Positions 54,878 through 63,555 of a DNA stretch of 64,000 nucleotides are shown here, in pieces (within the stretch, counting starts at the first letter, position 1; every line of letters starts with the position of its first letter). Both the position numbers and the translations under genes were made by a program. The notes below the pieces were generated by a model, which saw only the letters and a program-made list of their open reading frames with translations, searched no databases and was not told where the DNA came from. The stretch is taken from positions 13,521 through 77,520 of the forward strand of contig JBEKJG010000009.1 of NCBI GenBank assembly GCA_050011355.1, given 5' to 3'. Source of the DNA: Thermoplasmata archaeon. GTDB lineage: Archaea > Thermoplasmatota > Thermoplasmata > Lutacidiplasmatales > UBA184.

Positions 54878-55345
54878 CTACACCGGAGTGCCCGAATCCA
54901 CCGGCTGCACCGTGACGGAGACGCCTTCGCCATGGATGACCCGGACGTGGACCCCGGTCGGGATGGGGACCTCGGATCGCGCGGACCAGACCTGGGACTT
55001 CAGGCGGACCTTCCCGTGGAGGGAGTTCGCGTCCACGGGTGAGATGACGATCCCGACTTCGCCCACGAGACCCATGGAGGTCGTGCTCAAGGGCCGATGC
55101 TGGGGAGCCACCCACCGGTAGTACGGGATCTCGACCATGATCGCGACGACCACCGCCAGCAGGATGACCGCCGGTCCGTACACGGTGTCCAGGAGGATGA
55201 ACGGGAACAGGAGGTACATCGCTCCCGCGACGAGCAGGATCGAGCCCGGGATGAGCAGGAGGGCGCCGGGGTGGATCAGCTCGAGCCCGAAGAGGACAAG
55301 CCCCGCCACGACGAGGATGATGCCGAAGGCCAGTATGACCGCCAT
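54878..55345 (-). CDS. NfeD-family membrane protein (stomatin operon partner)
   Basis: Three N-terminal helices plus the C-terminal OB-like segment GLVGEVGIVISPVDANSLHGKVRLKSQVWSARSEVPIPTGVHVRVIHGEGVSVTV. GGTAGGAG SD lies before the downstream stomatin gene. Confidence 0.75.
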   Translation of the reverse strand: MAVILAFGIILVVAGLVLFGLELIHPGALLLIPGSILLVAGAMYLLFPFILLDTVYGPAVILLAVVVAIMVEIPYYRWVAPQHRPLSTTSMGLVGEVGIVISPVDANSLHGKVRLKSQVWSARSEVPIPTGVHVRVIHGEGVSVTVQPVDSGTPV

Positions 55346-55370
55346 CCGCCGGTCGGGCCGAGGCCGGTAC

Positions 55371-55379
55371 TAAAGATAA
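55371..55379 (-). promoter_or_regulatory. TATA-like box (TTATCTTTA on minus strand) ~30 nt upstream of the nfeD ATG
   Basis: A/T-rich nonamer in the 57-nt spacer, immediately after a GC hairpin. Confidence 0.4.
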
Positions 55380-55383
55380 GAGA

Positions 55384-55400
55384 CACCCCCCCGGGGGGTG
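55384..55400 (-). terminator. GC-rich hairpin (CACCCCC/GGGGGTG, 7-bp stem) followed on the coding strand by the T-rich TCTCTTATCTTT
   Basis: Starts 3 nt after the stop (55403-55405) of the metzincin-like gene. The hairpin plus pyrimidine/T tract resembles an intrinsic-type or oligo-T termination signal. Confidence 0.35.
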
Positions 55401-55402
55401 AC

Positions 55403-55972
55403 CTACCGGATGTAGGTGGAGGTCGTGTCCAGGTCGAACCGCGAAACGACCTTGAAATGCTGACCGCGGCCGCCGCGGGCATGGGCCAGGAACGGGAACA
55501 TCCGCCACAGGTCTCCCTCGGCCATGCGGGTGGCGGGGTGGTCCGGGCCGAAGGCGGTCCGGGTCACATGGGCGGTCACTTCGCGCACCGCGTGCTCATC
55601 GAGATAGCCGAGGGAATGCAGGTACTCGTGGGCGAGGATGACGTAGACGAACGAGTTGAGCTCGAGCGGGTCCTTGGCGTGGGAGCGCATCGCCTCGACG
55701 AGGCCCTCGTTCATCACGATCAGGTTGCCGGTCACTTGCCAGTAGGCTCCCAACTGGGGGGGAAGGTCGGAGAGGCCCAGACCAAGACCGGGACGCTCCA
55801 CGCCAAGCACGCTGCGGACCGCGGCACGGACGACTCGGAACACCGCGTCGTAGTCGGCGGGGCGACCGAGTCGCTCCCCCACCGCGCCCAGCAACGGCGG
55901 TCGTGGCGCCGACGGGCCCTCGGGCGCGGTACGGTCATGCGGAGGCGCGGAAGAGAAGCGGAGGTCGGTCAT
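55403..55972 (-). CDS. Putative small zinc metalloprotease (metzincin/snapalysin-like HExxHxxGxxD motif)
   Basis: ATG 55972 inside track ORF 55403..56323. VILAHEYLHSLGYLDEH contains HEYLH-SLG-YLD. 189 aa. No further family assignment possible by eye. Confidence 0.55.
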   Translation of the reverse strand: MTDLRFSSAPPHDRTAPEGPSAPRPPLLGAVGERLGRPADYDAVFRVVRAAVRSVLGVERPGLGLGLSDLPPQLGAYWQVTGNLIVMNEGLVEAMRSHAKDPLELNSFVYVILAHEYLHSLGYLDEHAVREVTAHVTRTAFGPDHPATRMAEGDLWRMFPFLAHARGGRGQHFKVVSRFDLDTTSTYIR

Positions 55973-55994
55973 CCACCGTTCCACTCCCGGAAGC

Positions 55995-56004
55995 AAAGAT
56001 ATAG
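55995..56004 (-). promoter_or_regulatory. TATA box (AAAGATATAG, near-palindromic) 28 nt upstream of the metzincin-like gene, in the divergent spacer shared with rio1
   Basis: Only A/T-rich element in the 100-nt spacer. It lies 73 nt from the rio1 GTG, so it may be bidirectional. Confidence 0.4.
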
Positions 56005-56072
56005 GCGCGCTTTCACCCGCGCCACCAGCGTTCACGCCCGCCGCACCCCCGGCCCCTCCGCGGCCCGGTAGC

Positions 56073-56897
56073 GTGGAACCTATGTGGCCCAAGGAGTACT
56101 CGACGGTCGTGCCGCGCCCCACCGAGGTCGTCCTGCCGAGCCGTCGCGAACGGTTCGAGGACCGTCGCAAGGAGAGTTCCCAGCGTAAACTCCTGGACGA
56201 GTTCTTCGACCACCGGACGCTGCTCACGGTCTCCCGTCTCATCACCCAGGGGCAGTTCGATTCGCTCGACTTCCCGGTCGCGACGGGGAAGGAGGGCGGG
56301 GTCTTCCGGGCGACCGCAGGCAAAGAGTACCGCGCGGTGAAGGTCTACCGCATCGGCAACACGACCTTCCGCAACCTTCCGGCTTACGCGATCGACGAGC
56401 TGCGCCGCGAGACCAGCACCCGCGACTTTGCCGGTCTCGTGTATGCGTGGACCCGCCGGGAGCACACCATCCTGGGGCGCCTCGCCGACGCCCACGTCCG
56501 CGCCCCGATGCCGTACGGGCACCTCCGCAATGTCCTCGTCATGGATTTCATCGGCAACGACGAGGGAGGGGCCCCCCGCCTTCGCGACGCCCAGATCGAC
56601 GACCCGGCCGCGGTGTACGTCGACCTCGTCGACCAGATCGGACGGATGGTCCGGGACGCGAAACTGGTCCACGGAGACCTGTCTCCGTTCAACATCCTCT
56701 TGTTCGAGGGAAAGGTCGTGCTCATCGACGTGGCCCAGGCGGTCTCCGTGAAGCACCCGCAGGCCGCGGCGCTGCTCTCCCGCGACATCGACCATTTCGC
56801 ACGCTTCTTCCGCCACCTCGGCTACCCCGTGTCGGGCGAGGAGTTCCTCCACGCCGTAGGTGGGGACCAACTCAACGCCCCGCCCGCGGAGGCCTGA
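56073..56897 (+). CDS. rio1: RIO-type serine/threonine protein kinase (Rio1)
   Basis: ATGKEGGVFRA (P-loop-like), AVKVYR (Lys), LVHGDLSPFNILL (catalytic loop), LIDVAQAV (metal-binding). GTG 56073 or ATG 56082. Confidence 0.85.
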   Translation: MEPMWPKEYSTVVPRPTEVVLPSRRERFEDRRKESSQRKLLDEFFDHRTLLTVSRLITQGQFDSLDFPVATGKEGGVFRATAGKEYRAVKVYRIGNTTFRNLPAYAIDELRRETSTRDFAGLVYAWTRREHTILGRLADAHVRAPMPYGHLRNVLVMDFIGNDEGGAPRLRDAQIDDPAAVYVDLVDQIGRMVRDAKLVHGDLSPFNILLFEGKVVLIDVAQAVSVKHPQAAALLSRDIDHFARFFRHLGYPVSGEEFLHAVGGDQLNAPPAEA

Positions 56898-56899
56898 GG

Positions 56900-57469
56900 A
56901 TGCCGGTCCTCTACGCCCGGATCCCCGAGGACCGCGTGGGCGTTCTCATCGGGGTCGGAGGGGCCACCCGTCGGACGATCGCGCGCGCGACGGGGACCGA
57001 GATCGCGATCGACGCCGACGAAGGCGAGGTCCGGGTCAGCGCCCCCGACAGCGATCCCATGGGGGCCCTCCGGGCCCGGGACATCGTGCTCGCGATCGGT
57101 CGCGGCTTTTCCCCGGAGCGGGCGCAACGCCTGCTGAAGGACGATACGTACTTTCAGGTCCTCGACATCAAGTTCACTACCGGGCACCGGGACAAGGCGG
57201 GGTTACGTCGGATCCGGGCGCGGGTGATCGGCCGAGCGGGCCGAGCGCGCGCGCGGATCGAGGAGCTCTCCGGGTGTTCCGTCAGCGTCTACGGTTCGAC
57301 CGTCGCGCTCATCGGGAAGGAGGACCAGCTCGACCGGGGCATTCGCGCGGTCGAGCTCCTGCTCCGCGGCAGCGAGCATTCGACCGTCTTCCATCTCCTC
57401 GCCAGCCTCCGCCGGAACGCGGCGGTCGACGAGGCGATCAACCCGCTCGAGCCGGACGAAGTGGAGTAG
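56900..57469 (+). CDS. KH-domain RNA-binding protein (aDim2/Pno1-like), conserved Rio1 neighbour
   Basis: ATG 56900 inside track ORF 56447..57469. Two KH GxxG loops: VLIGVGGATRRTI and VIGRAGRARARIEELSG. Confidence 0.75.
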   Translation: MPVLYARIPEDRVGVLIGVGGATRRTIARATGTEIAIDADEGEVRVSAPDSDPMGALRARDIVLAIGRGFSPERAQRLLKDDTYFQVLDIKFTTGHRDKAGLRRIRARVIGRAGRARARIEELSGCSVSVYGSTVALIGKEDQLDRGIRAVELLLRGSEHSTVFHLLASLRRNAAVDEAINPLEPDEVE

Positions 57470-57473
57470 GCGC

Positions 57474-58709
57474 GTGGCGAAGACCGTCCCGCTCGACGCC
57501 CCGACCCTGGGCTGGGCGCGCGGACTGTTCGCGCGGTACTACCAGCAGGAGGAGGTTCCCCCACCGGTTCGGCTCGCCCGCCGCGAGTTCGCCGCCTTCC
57601 CCTTCCTGGTCGAGACGTCCATGCGCCGGCACGAGACGCTGCCGACCCCGCGGGACCTCTCGACGTACCTCGCGCGCGAGGTGCCGCGGCACGTGTACTA
57701 CTCGGCCGCCTACTACCGTCGGCCCGCGGAATCGACCATGGCGGGCAAGGAGTGGCTCGGCGCGGACCTCATCTTCGACCTGGACGCCGACCACCTCCGC
57801 GGGGCCGAAGCGCTCGGGTACTCCGACCAGCTGCGCCGGGTGAAGGAGCGGCTCATCGACCTCGTCGACGACTTCCTCGTCCGGGATTTCGGGATCTCGC
57901 CGAACGACATGTCGCTCGTCTTCTCCGGGGGCCGGGGATACCACGTCCACGTCCGGGACGAGCGGTTCCTGCCGCTGAGCAGCCCCGAGCGGCGCGAACT
58001 GGTCGACTACGTGCAGGGGACGGGGTTCGACCCCCATCGGGCGGTCTCGGAGTCCCACCTCAACGTGCACGACCGGGACAGCGAGGTCGCCCGGAGCGGT
58101 GGACGCGGGGTCCTCCGGGTACAGGAACTCTCGCCGCCCGACGCTCCCGGCTGGCGGGGCCGAACCTCCCGGGCGGTGCTGACGCTCCTCGCCCGCTGGC
58201 AGGTCGCGGGTCGCGAGACGGCCGTGAAGGAGCTCGAAGCCTACGGAGTACCGACCCGACGGGCGCGGCAGATGGCCAAGCTCCTGCTCGACGACGGAGG
58301 GGCGGACCGGATCCGGAGCTCGCTCCGGCTCGAGGTCCTTCCCGCCGCGCTCGAGCAGGAGTTCCTGGATGCGGTGATCCCGGCCGCCGCGATCGAAGTG
58401 CAGGGGGAGACCGACGCCCCCGTGACGACCGACATCCACCGGCTGATCCGGCTTCCGTCCTCGCTGCACGGCGGGACCGGGTTTCGGGTACTCCCCCTGA
58501 GCCGCGAGACGCTCGATCGGTTCGAACCGTTCCGGGACGCGGTGCTGCCAGCGCCGGCGGGCGAGCGGGTTCGGGTCGCGTTCCTCGCGGACGTCAACTA
58601 CCCGTGGGGAGACGGGCACCTGGAGGGGTCGACCGGGACCGAGTCGGAACTCCCGACCCCTGCTGCGCTGTTCCTTACGCTGCGGGGGGAGGCGGCGCCT
58701 CGGCCTTGA
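57474..58709 (+). CDS. priS: DNA primase small (catalytic) subunit PriS
   Basis: GTG 57474. GADLIFDLDADH (catalytic DxD), FSGGRGYHVHV, and IHRLIRLPSSLHGGTG are AEP-primase motifs. Confidence 0.88.
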   Translation: MAKTVPLDAPTLGWARGLFARYYQQEEVPPPVRLARREFAAFPFLVETSMRRHETLPTPRDLSTYLAREVPRHVYYSAAYYRRPAESTMAGKEWLGADLIFDLDADHLRGAEALGYSDQLRRVKERLIDLVDDFLVRDFGISPNDMSLVFSGGRGYHVHVRDERFLPLSSPERRELVDYVQGTGFDPHRAVSESHLNVHDRDSEVARSGGRGVLRVQELSPPDAPGWRGRTSRAVLTLLARWQVAGRETAVKELEAYGVPTRRARQMAKLLLDDGGADRIRSSLRLEVLPAALEQEFLDAVIPAAAIEVQGETDAPVTTDIHRLIRLPSSLHGGTGFRVLPLSRETLDRFEPFRDAVLPAPAGERVRVAFLADVNYPWGDGHLEGSTGTESELPTPAALFLTLRGEAAPRP

Positions 58710-59658
58710 CGGGCATCACGAGGCGACCGATCTTCTCGATCTCGGCCTCGATGACGTCCCCGGCCTTCAGTTTCCGGCTCTCCTTCCCGAACTCGAACCC
58801 CGGGGTGCCGCCGAGGCTTCCGAGCGAGATGACATCCCCCGGCTCGAAGGTGATCCCCTTCGAGAAGTGGGCCAGGATCTCCGGGATCCGGAACACGTAA
58901 TCGCTGGTGTCGCCCTTCTGGCGCACCTGGCCGCCGACCGAGAGCTGCATCTGGAGCGGGTAGGCCTCCCCGACCTCCTCCTTGGGGACGACCCACGGGC
59001 CGACCGCCATGGTCGCGTCGAACCCCTTGCCCATCGTCCAGTCAACGGGGCCCTCGCTCGGGTACTGGAGGTCGCGGTATCCCATGTCGAGCGCGATCGT
59101 GTACCCGGCCACGTGCTCCATCGCCTTGGATACTGGGATGTGCTTGCCGCGGAGCCCGATCACCATCGCGAGCTCGAGTTCGACGTCCGGGAACGTCCCC
59201 GCGGGGTTCAGGACGAGCGACTCGCTCGGGCCGACCAGGCTGTTGAAGAACCGCGAGAAGACGTACGGTTGCTTCGGGAGCGGTTTCCCCTGCTCGGCCA
59301 GGTGGCTCTTCGAGTTGGAGGCCATGCAGTAGATCTTCGTGCCGCGGACCACCGGCGCGAGCAGCTTGACGCCCTCCTCGGGCTTGAAGAGGAATCGGGC
59401 GCCCGTCGCGGCCCGAGGGGTCCAGCCCATCCCCCGCCGCCGGGCGATGTAGTCGAGGATCTTCTTCGTGAGCTGGACCGAGTCGGCGCCCCCCTGGAAG
59501 AACGACTGCATGTCGCGGAACCGGCTCGGGTCGGCCCCCTTGACCGGGTTGACTCCGAGGAAGTCGCGGCAGGCGGTGTCCAGGTCGATGTACTCGTTCG
59601 AGTCCGTGACCATCCCAAAGTGAAACTGGTCGGCGAGCGTGAAGTGGACGAGCTTCAT
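58675..59658 (-). CDS. Fumarylacetoacetate hydrolase (FAH) family protein
   Basis: FPDVELELAMVIGLRG...VAGYTIALDMGYRD...KGFDATMAVGPWVV...GDVISLGSLGG. Convergent 35-nt overlap with the priS 3' end. Confidence 0.85.
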   Translation of the reverse strand: MKLVHFTLADQFHFGMVTDSNEYIDLDTACRDFLGVNPVKGADPSRFRDMQSFFQGGADSVQLTKKILDYIARRRGMGWTPRAATGARFLFKPEEGVKLLAPVVRGTKIYCMASNSKSHLAEQGKPLPKQPYVFSRFFNSLVGPSESLVLNPAGTFPDVELELAMVIGLRGKHIPVSKAMEHVAGYTIALDMGYRDLQYPSEGPVDWTMGKGFDATMAVGPWVVPKEEVGEAYPLQMQLSVGGQVRQKGDTSDYVFRIPEILAHFSKGITFEPGDVISLGSLGGTPGFEFGKESRKLKAGDVIEAEIEKIGRLVMPVKAEAPPPPAA

Positions 59659-59776
59659 CGAAACCCTCGGGGGCGGTGGAGCCCTGCCGGGTGATAAGCG
59701 GTGCGCCGGGGACCGTGCGGGAGAGCGGCAGGGCAGGGCCCGGCCGGGGAGGTTCCCCGATCGGGCCCCGATGCGC

Positions 59777-60298
59777 TTAGGCGGGAGGTTCGGCCGGCGG
59801 CGCCGACGGGGTCGGGGCCGGCATGGCCGCGGCCATCTTCGCGCGCTTGCTCTTCAGGACCACTCCGATGATCAGGATGAGGATCCCGACCACGAGCAGG
59901 ATCGTCCCGACGGTGCTCAATGCCGTCGTGATCTTGAACGTCACGTTCGCGGCCCCGGTGTAGAGGACCCCCATGAGGATCGAGCCCCCGTTCGGCTGAC
60001 TGAGGGTGAAGCTCCCGCTCGTTCCGTTCTGGTAGGTGATGCTCGACACCTGGCTTTGCGACTGGCAGCTCCCGGAGCAGGCGCCCGCGATCACGGTCAC
60101 CGACGGACCACTGGAGGTCCAGGACACCGCGATCGGCTGGCTGCCCGTCAACGAGAATCCGCTGACGCTGGCGGCGTAGTACGGCGCGGACGACGACGCA
60201 GAGACGGTCTCGTTCGGTTGGGGGACGAGCGGCACGAAAAGAACGGCCGCGCCCACGATCAACAGGACGATTCCCACGATCACCAATCCGACTCGCAT
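59777..60298 (-). CDS. Hypothetical bitopic membrane protein (N- and C-terminal helices, S/T/G-rich extracellular middle, proline-rich tail)
   Basis: ATG 60298 chosen inside track ORF 59777..60355. Helices: MRVGLVIVGIVLLIVGAAVLFV and TILLVVGILILIIGVVL. Confidence 0.4.
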   Translation of the reverse strand: MRVGLVIVGIVLLIVGAAVLFVPLVPQPNETVSASSSAPYYAASVSGFSLTGSQPIAVSWTSSGPSVTVIAGACSGSCQSQSQVSSITYQNGTSGSFTLSQPNGGSILMGVLYTGAANVTFKITTALSTVGTILLVVGILILIIGVVLKSKRAKMAAAMPAPTPSAPPAEPPA

Positions 60299-60376
60299 GC
60301 TAGCCTCTGTCACGGCCGATGGGGACCTAGGGTATAGACCTAGGCCCGGAGCCACCGGGCGGGATTCAGCCCGAAC

Positions 60377-61045
60377 TTAGGGGGCCAGGGTGGCGAGGAA
60401 CCCTTCGCCCAGGGGGGCGACCGACTCGAGTCGCATCCGGACGAGGTCGGCCGGGCCGATGGATTCCGGCCCCAGCACGAGCGGGGGCGCGGTCGTTCCG
60501 CCGACCAGGACCGGGGCGTAGTAGATCGTCCAGCGGTCGAACAGTTTCGCCCGCGCGACGCTCGCCAGGATGCGGGACCCTCCTTCGACCATCAGTCGCC
60601 CGATTCCGTGCTCCCGGAGGATCCGGAAGAGGATCGGGAGGTCGACGGTGTCCTGTCCGGCCCGCACGACCTGGACATGCGCCGGGTAGCTCCTCCGGTT
60701 GCTCTCGGTCGTAGCGATGATCGTCGGCTGGCTCGTGTCGAGGATGCGGGCCGACTCGGGTGTCCGGCCCGACGCATCGACGACCACCCGGGTCGGAGGT
60801 TTCCGCGGAGGGTCTTCGAGCAGTTCCGGTTGGAGCCGCAGGGAAGGGTCGTCGAGGGCGACGGTCCCGACCCCGACGAGGATGGCGTCCGAGGCCGCCC
60901 TCAACCGGTGCACCCGAACCAGGTCCTCCGGACCGGAGAGGCGTGCGCGGACCCCGTGCGCGAACGCGAGACGGCCATCGAGCGACGCGGCGCAGTTCAC
61001 CCAGACCCGGGGACGGTCGGGCGGGACCGGGTCGGCGCCGTACAT
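60377..61045 (-). CDS. RibD C-terminal-domain reductase (DHFR fold; diaminohydroxyphosphoribosylaminopyrimidine reductase-like)
   Basis: VWVNCAASLDGRLA...ASDAILVGVGTVALDDPSL...GIGRLMVEGGSRILAS...DRWTIYYAPVLVGG. Confidence 0.75.
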   Translation of the reverse strand: MYGADPVPPDRPRVWVNCAASLDGRLAFAHGVRARLSGPEDLVRVHRLRAASDAILVGVGTVALDDPSLRLQPELLEDPPRKPPTRVVVDASGRTPESARILDTSQPTIIATTESNRRSYPAHVQVVRAGQDTVDLPILFRILREHGIGRLMVEGGSRILASVARAKLFDRWTIYYAPVLVGGTTAPPLVLGPESIGPADLVRMRLESVAPLGEGFLATLAP

Positions 61046-61054
61046 ACGCGGGAC

Positions 61055-62524
61055 CTAGATCCCGGCCCGGAGGCGGGCCACTTCGGCTTCGAGGGCCTCG
61101 GTCGCGACGTGCGCCGTCCGGAGGTCGATCAGGTTGATGTCCACGTTCGCGAGGGCGCCCTCCGATGCCGCCCGGAACAGGGCGACCGCGGTCGTGAGGT
61201 CGCTTCCGAGCGCGGGTTTGGTCCGCGGGCGGACCTGAACGACCAGGTGGGCGAGCTCGGTCGCCAGGCGGGCGGTCGTGAGAGGGACCTCCGCCGCCCC
61301 CTGCAGCGCTTCGACGTACGCACGGTCCGCGTCCGGTCCTGGACTCGCCTTCCGCGCCCGGCGTGCGTTCCGCACGGCGTCGTATGATTCGGAATCCCTC
61401 TGGACCAGGTCGAGCATGCGGTGGCGGCCCTCGTTCAGGGTCTTCGATGCCGCTGCGAGCTCGGGGTCGGGCTTGGTCGGGTCGAGCGAGTAGGAGAGGA
61501 CCATCTCGCCGAGCGCAGCGCCCATCGCTCCGGCGGCCGCGGCGGCGCTCCCGCCGCCCGGAGTCGGGGTTCGGGCCGCCATCCGCGTCGTGAACGACGC
61601 GAACGACTCCCCGGCCGCGGCGCTCTCCGCGCCCCGCACCTTGCGCTCGAGCACGGCGGCGCGGTCGAAGGAGTGGAGCTGCAGGTAATACTCGGCCGAG
61701 TCGAACAGGGAGTCCTCGGGCACGAGCCCGACGATCTCGGATTCCTCCACGCCCACGCCGTACCGCTGGGCCTCGCGGCGAACCGCCTCCAGCGCCCGGT
61801 GGATGGGAGTGACGCGATAGTCGGTCAGGTTCATCGACACCTGGGCGCGGTGCCGCTCGGCGATGTCGAACCCGAGCGCCTTGACCTCGGGAAGGCCGCC
61901 GTCCCGCGCCCGCACGGCCTTGGCGATCTTCTTCGCGATCGATACGTCCGGAGTGGTGAGGTAGGCGTTGAATGCGATGAGGATCGGGCGGGCCCCGATC
62001 GCGACTGCGCCCGCGGTCGGGTGGATCTTGGCCGCCCCGAAGTCCGGGGCCCGGGCGGGATCCGACCCGATCACGTCCCGCAGACCTTCGAATTGCCCTT
62101 CGCGTACGCGCGCGAGGTCGGTGCGTTCCGGGCGGCGGGCTGCGGCAGCATAGAGGTACACCGGGATCGAGAGCTCCCGCGCCACCCGCTCTCCCAGGCG
62201 TTCGGCCAGCCGGACCGCGTCGGCCATCGTGGAGCTTCCGAGCGGGACGAACGGCACTACATCCGTGGCTCCCATCCGGGGGTGTTCCCCCTTGTGCTGA
62301 GTGAGGTCGATCTCCGTCGTCGCAGCTTGGATCATCCGGAAGACGGCCTCGATGAGCGCGTCGCCTTCCCCGACGAGGCTCACGACCGCGCGGTTATGGT
62401 CGGCGTTGCGTTCGACATCCAGCACCGTCACTCCCGGGACGGCGCGCCCCGCACCGACGATGCGGTCGAGCTTCGCGGCGTCGCGCCCCTCGGAGAAGTT
62501 CGGGACGCATTCGAACGTCGTCAT
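61055..62524 (-). CDS. Glutamate formiminotransferase / formiminotetrahydrofolate cyclodeaminase (bifunctional FTCD)
   Basis: ATG 62524 (ATGA overlap with the fen1 stop) inside track ORF 61055..63058. FT domain MTTFECVPNFSEGRD...HPRMGATDVVPFVP. The C-terminal cyclodeaminase domain has PTPGGGSAAAAAGAMGAALGEMV. Confidence 0.85.
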   Translation of the reverse strand: MTTFECVPNFSEGRDAAKLDRIVGAGRAVPGVTVLDVERNADHNRAVVSLVGEGDALIEAVFRMIQAATTEIDLTQHKGEHPRMGATDVVPFVPLGSSTMADAVRLAERLGERVARELSIPVYLYAAAARRPERTDLARVREGQFEGLRDVIGSDPARAPDFGAAKIHPTAGAVAIGARPILIAFNAYLTTPDVSIAKKIAKAVRARDGGLPEVKALGFDIAERHRAQVSMNLTDYRVTPIHRALEAVRREAQRYGVGVEESEIVGLVPEDSLFDSAEYYLQLHSFDRAAVLERKVRGAESAAAGESFASFTTRMAARTPTPGGGSAAAAAGAMGAALGEMVLSYSLDPTKPDPELAAASKTLNEGRHRMLDLVQRDSESYDAVRNARRARKASPGPDADRAYVEALQGAAEVPLTTARLATELAHLVVQVRPRTKPALGSDLTTAVALFRAASEGALANVDINLIDLRTAHVATEALEAEVARLRAGI

Positions 62525-63555
62525 GACGGACCCCCTCCGAAGGTCTCCAATAGCGTTTGGTGTCCTCGGGCCTCCGCCGGGCTCGTTGCGGGACGAGGCC
62601 GCTGGCGGGCCCGGTTCACCGCATTCTTGACCCGGCCCTCGTTGAACCCGTGCTCGGCCACCAGGAGACGGTGGACGGCATCCTCGTCGACCGGCCCGAA
62701 CGGGACCGCGGTCACCTCTGTGTGCGGAGGGTCGCGGAAGATGCGCGCGACCTCCTCGCCCTCCGCCGGGTCGAGTCCCACGCGCTGCAGCGTCGGTGCG
62801 AACCCGAGGTGTTCCCGGACCAGCTTGAGCGCCTTCTTCGGGCCGTACCCCCGTGCCCCCTCGTTGAAGTCCGTGCCGATCAGCAGGCCGATGAGGATGA
62901 GTTCCTCCCCGTCGATCCCGAGTCGCGCCAGCAGCTCGGCACGGTCGACGATCTGCGCACCGGGGGACGTGCCACCGCGATTCCGGGCCGCCAGGCCCCG
63001 GATCAGTCGCGGGGCACCGAACAAGAGACTGTCGTAGTCTTCCGACGCCGACCCCCACACCACCCCCTGCGCGGCCATGTAGGCGGCCTGCGCTTCTCCT
63101 TCCCCCGGGGCTTGCACGGTGGGGACGCCGAGGGCCGCGAGGAGCTGAACGATCTCATCCACCATCGGTCGGGTCAGGTGGGAGGTCTGGGCCGCCTTCC
63201 TGCGGGCGGTCTCGAGGTCTCCCGCGGCGAGGGCCTCCTGGTACTGCCCCTCCGCCCGCTCTTTCGCAGCGATCCGCTGCCGGATCGTACCGGCCTTCCG
63301 CTCGGGGGGACGACCGTCGAAGACCCACACCGGGAGGACTCCCTCCCCCAGCAGGGAGGTGGTCCGATAGAATACTCCCATGAGGTGGCTCGTGACCCGG
63401 CCCTGCGCGTCCGTGAACAGCTGGCCGTCGCGTTGGCGCATCGTGGCCAGGAACTGGTAGATCGCGTTGAACCCGTCGACCGCGAGCGTGCGGCCGGCGA
63501 GCGAATCCCACGGAAGCTCCTGCGCTTCCACGAGGTCCCGCAGCGGCAGCCCCAC
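62521..63555 (-). CDS. fen1: Flap endonuclease 1
   Basis: GTG 63555. Motifs: LAVDGFNAIYQFL, QAPGEGEAQAAYMA, SEDYDSLLFGAP, IGTDFNEG. Confidence 0.9.
   Translation of the reverse strand: MGLPLRDLVEAQELPWDSLAGRTLAVDGFNAIYQFLATMRQRDGQLFTDAQGRVTSHLMGVFYRTTSLLGEGVLPVWVFDGRPPERKAGTIRQRIAAKERAEGQYQEALAAGDLETARRKAAQTSHLTRPMVDEIVQLLAALGVPTVQAPGEGEAQAAYMAAQGVVWGSASEDYDSLLFGAPRLIRGLAARNRGGTSPGAQIVDRAELLARLGIDGEELILIGLLIGTDFNEGARGYGPKKALKLVREHLGFAPTLQRVGLDPAEGEEVARIFRDPPHTEVTAVPFGPVDEDAVHRLLVAEHGFNEGRVKNAVNRARQRPRPATSPAEARGHQTLLETFGGGPS

Noticed and set aside
60326-60344. CCTAGG-GTATAGA-CCTAGG: two copies of a self-complementary hexamer that could form a 6-bp hairpin presenting a TATA-like loop between the RibD_C gene and the downstream membrane-protein gene
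   Set aside because: It is too short to separate from chance. No T-tract follows on the transcribed strand, so terminator function is unsupported. It may simply contain the promoter of the downstream gene.
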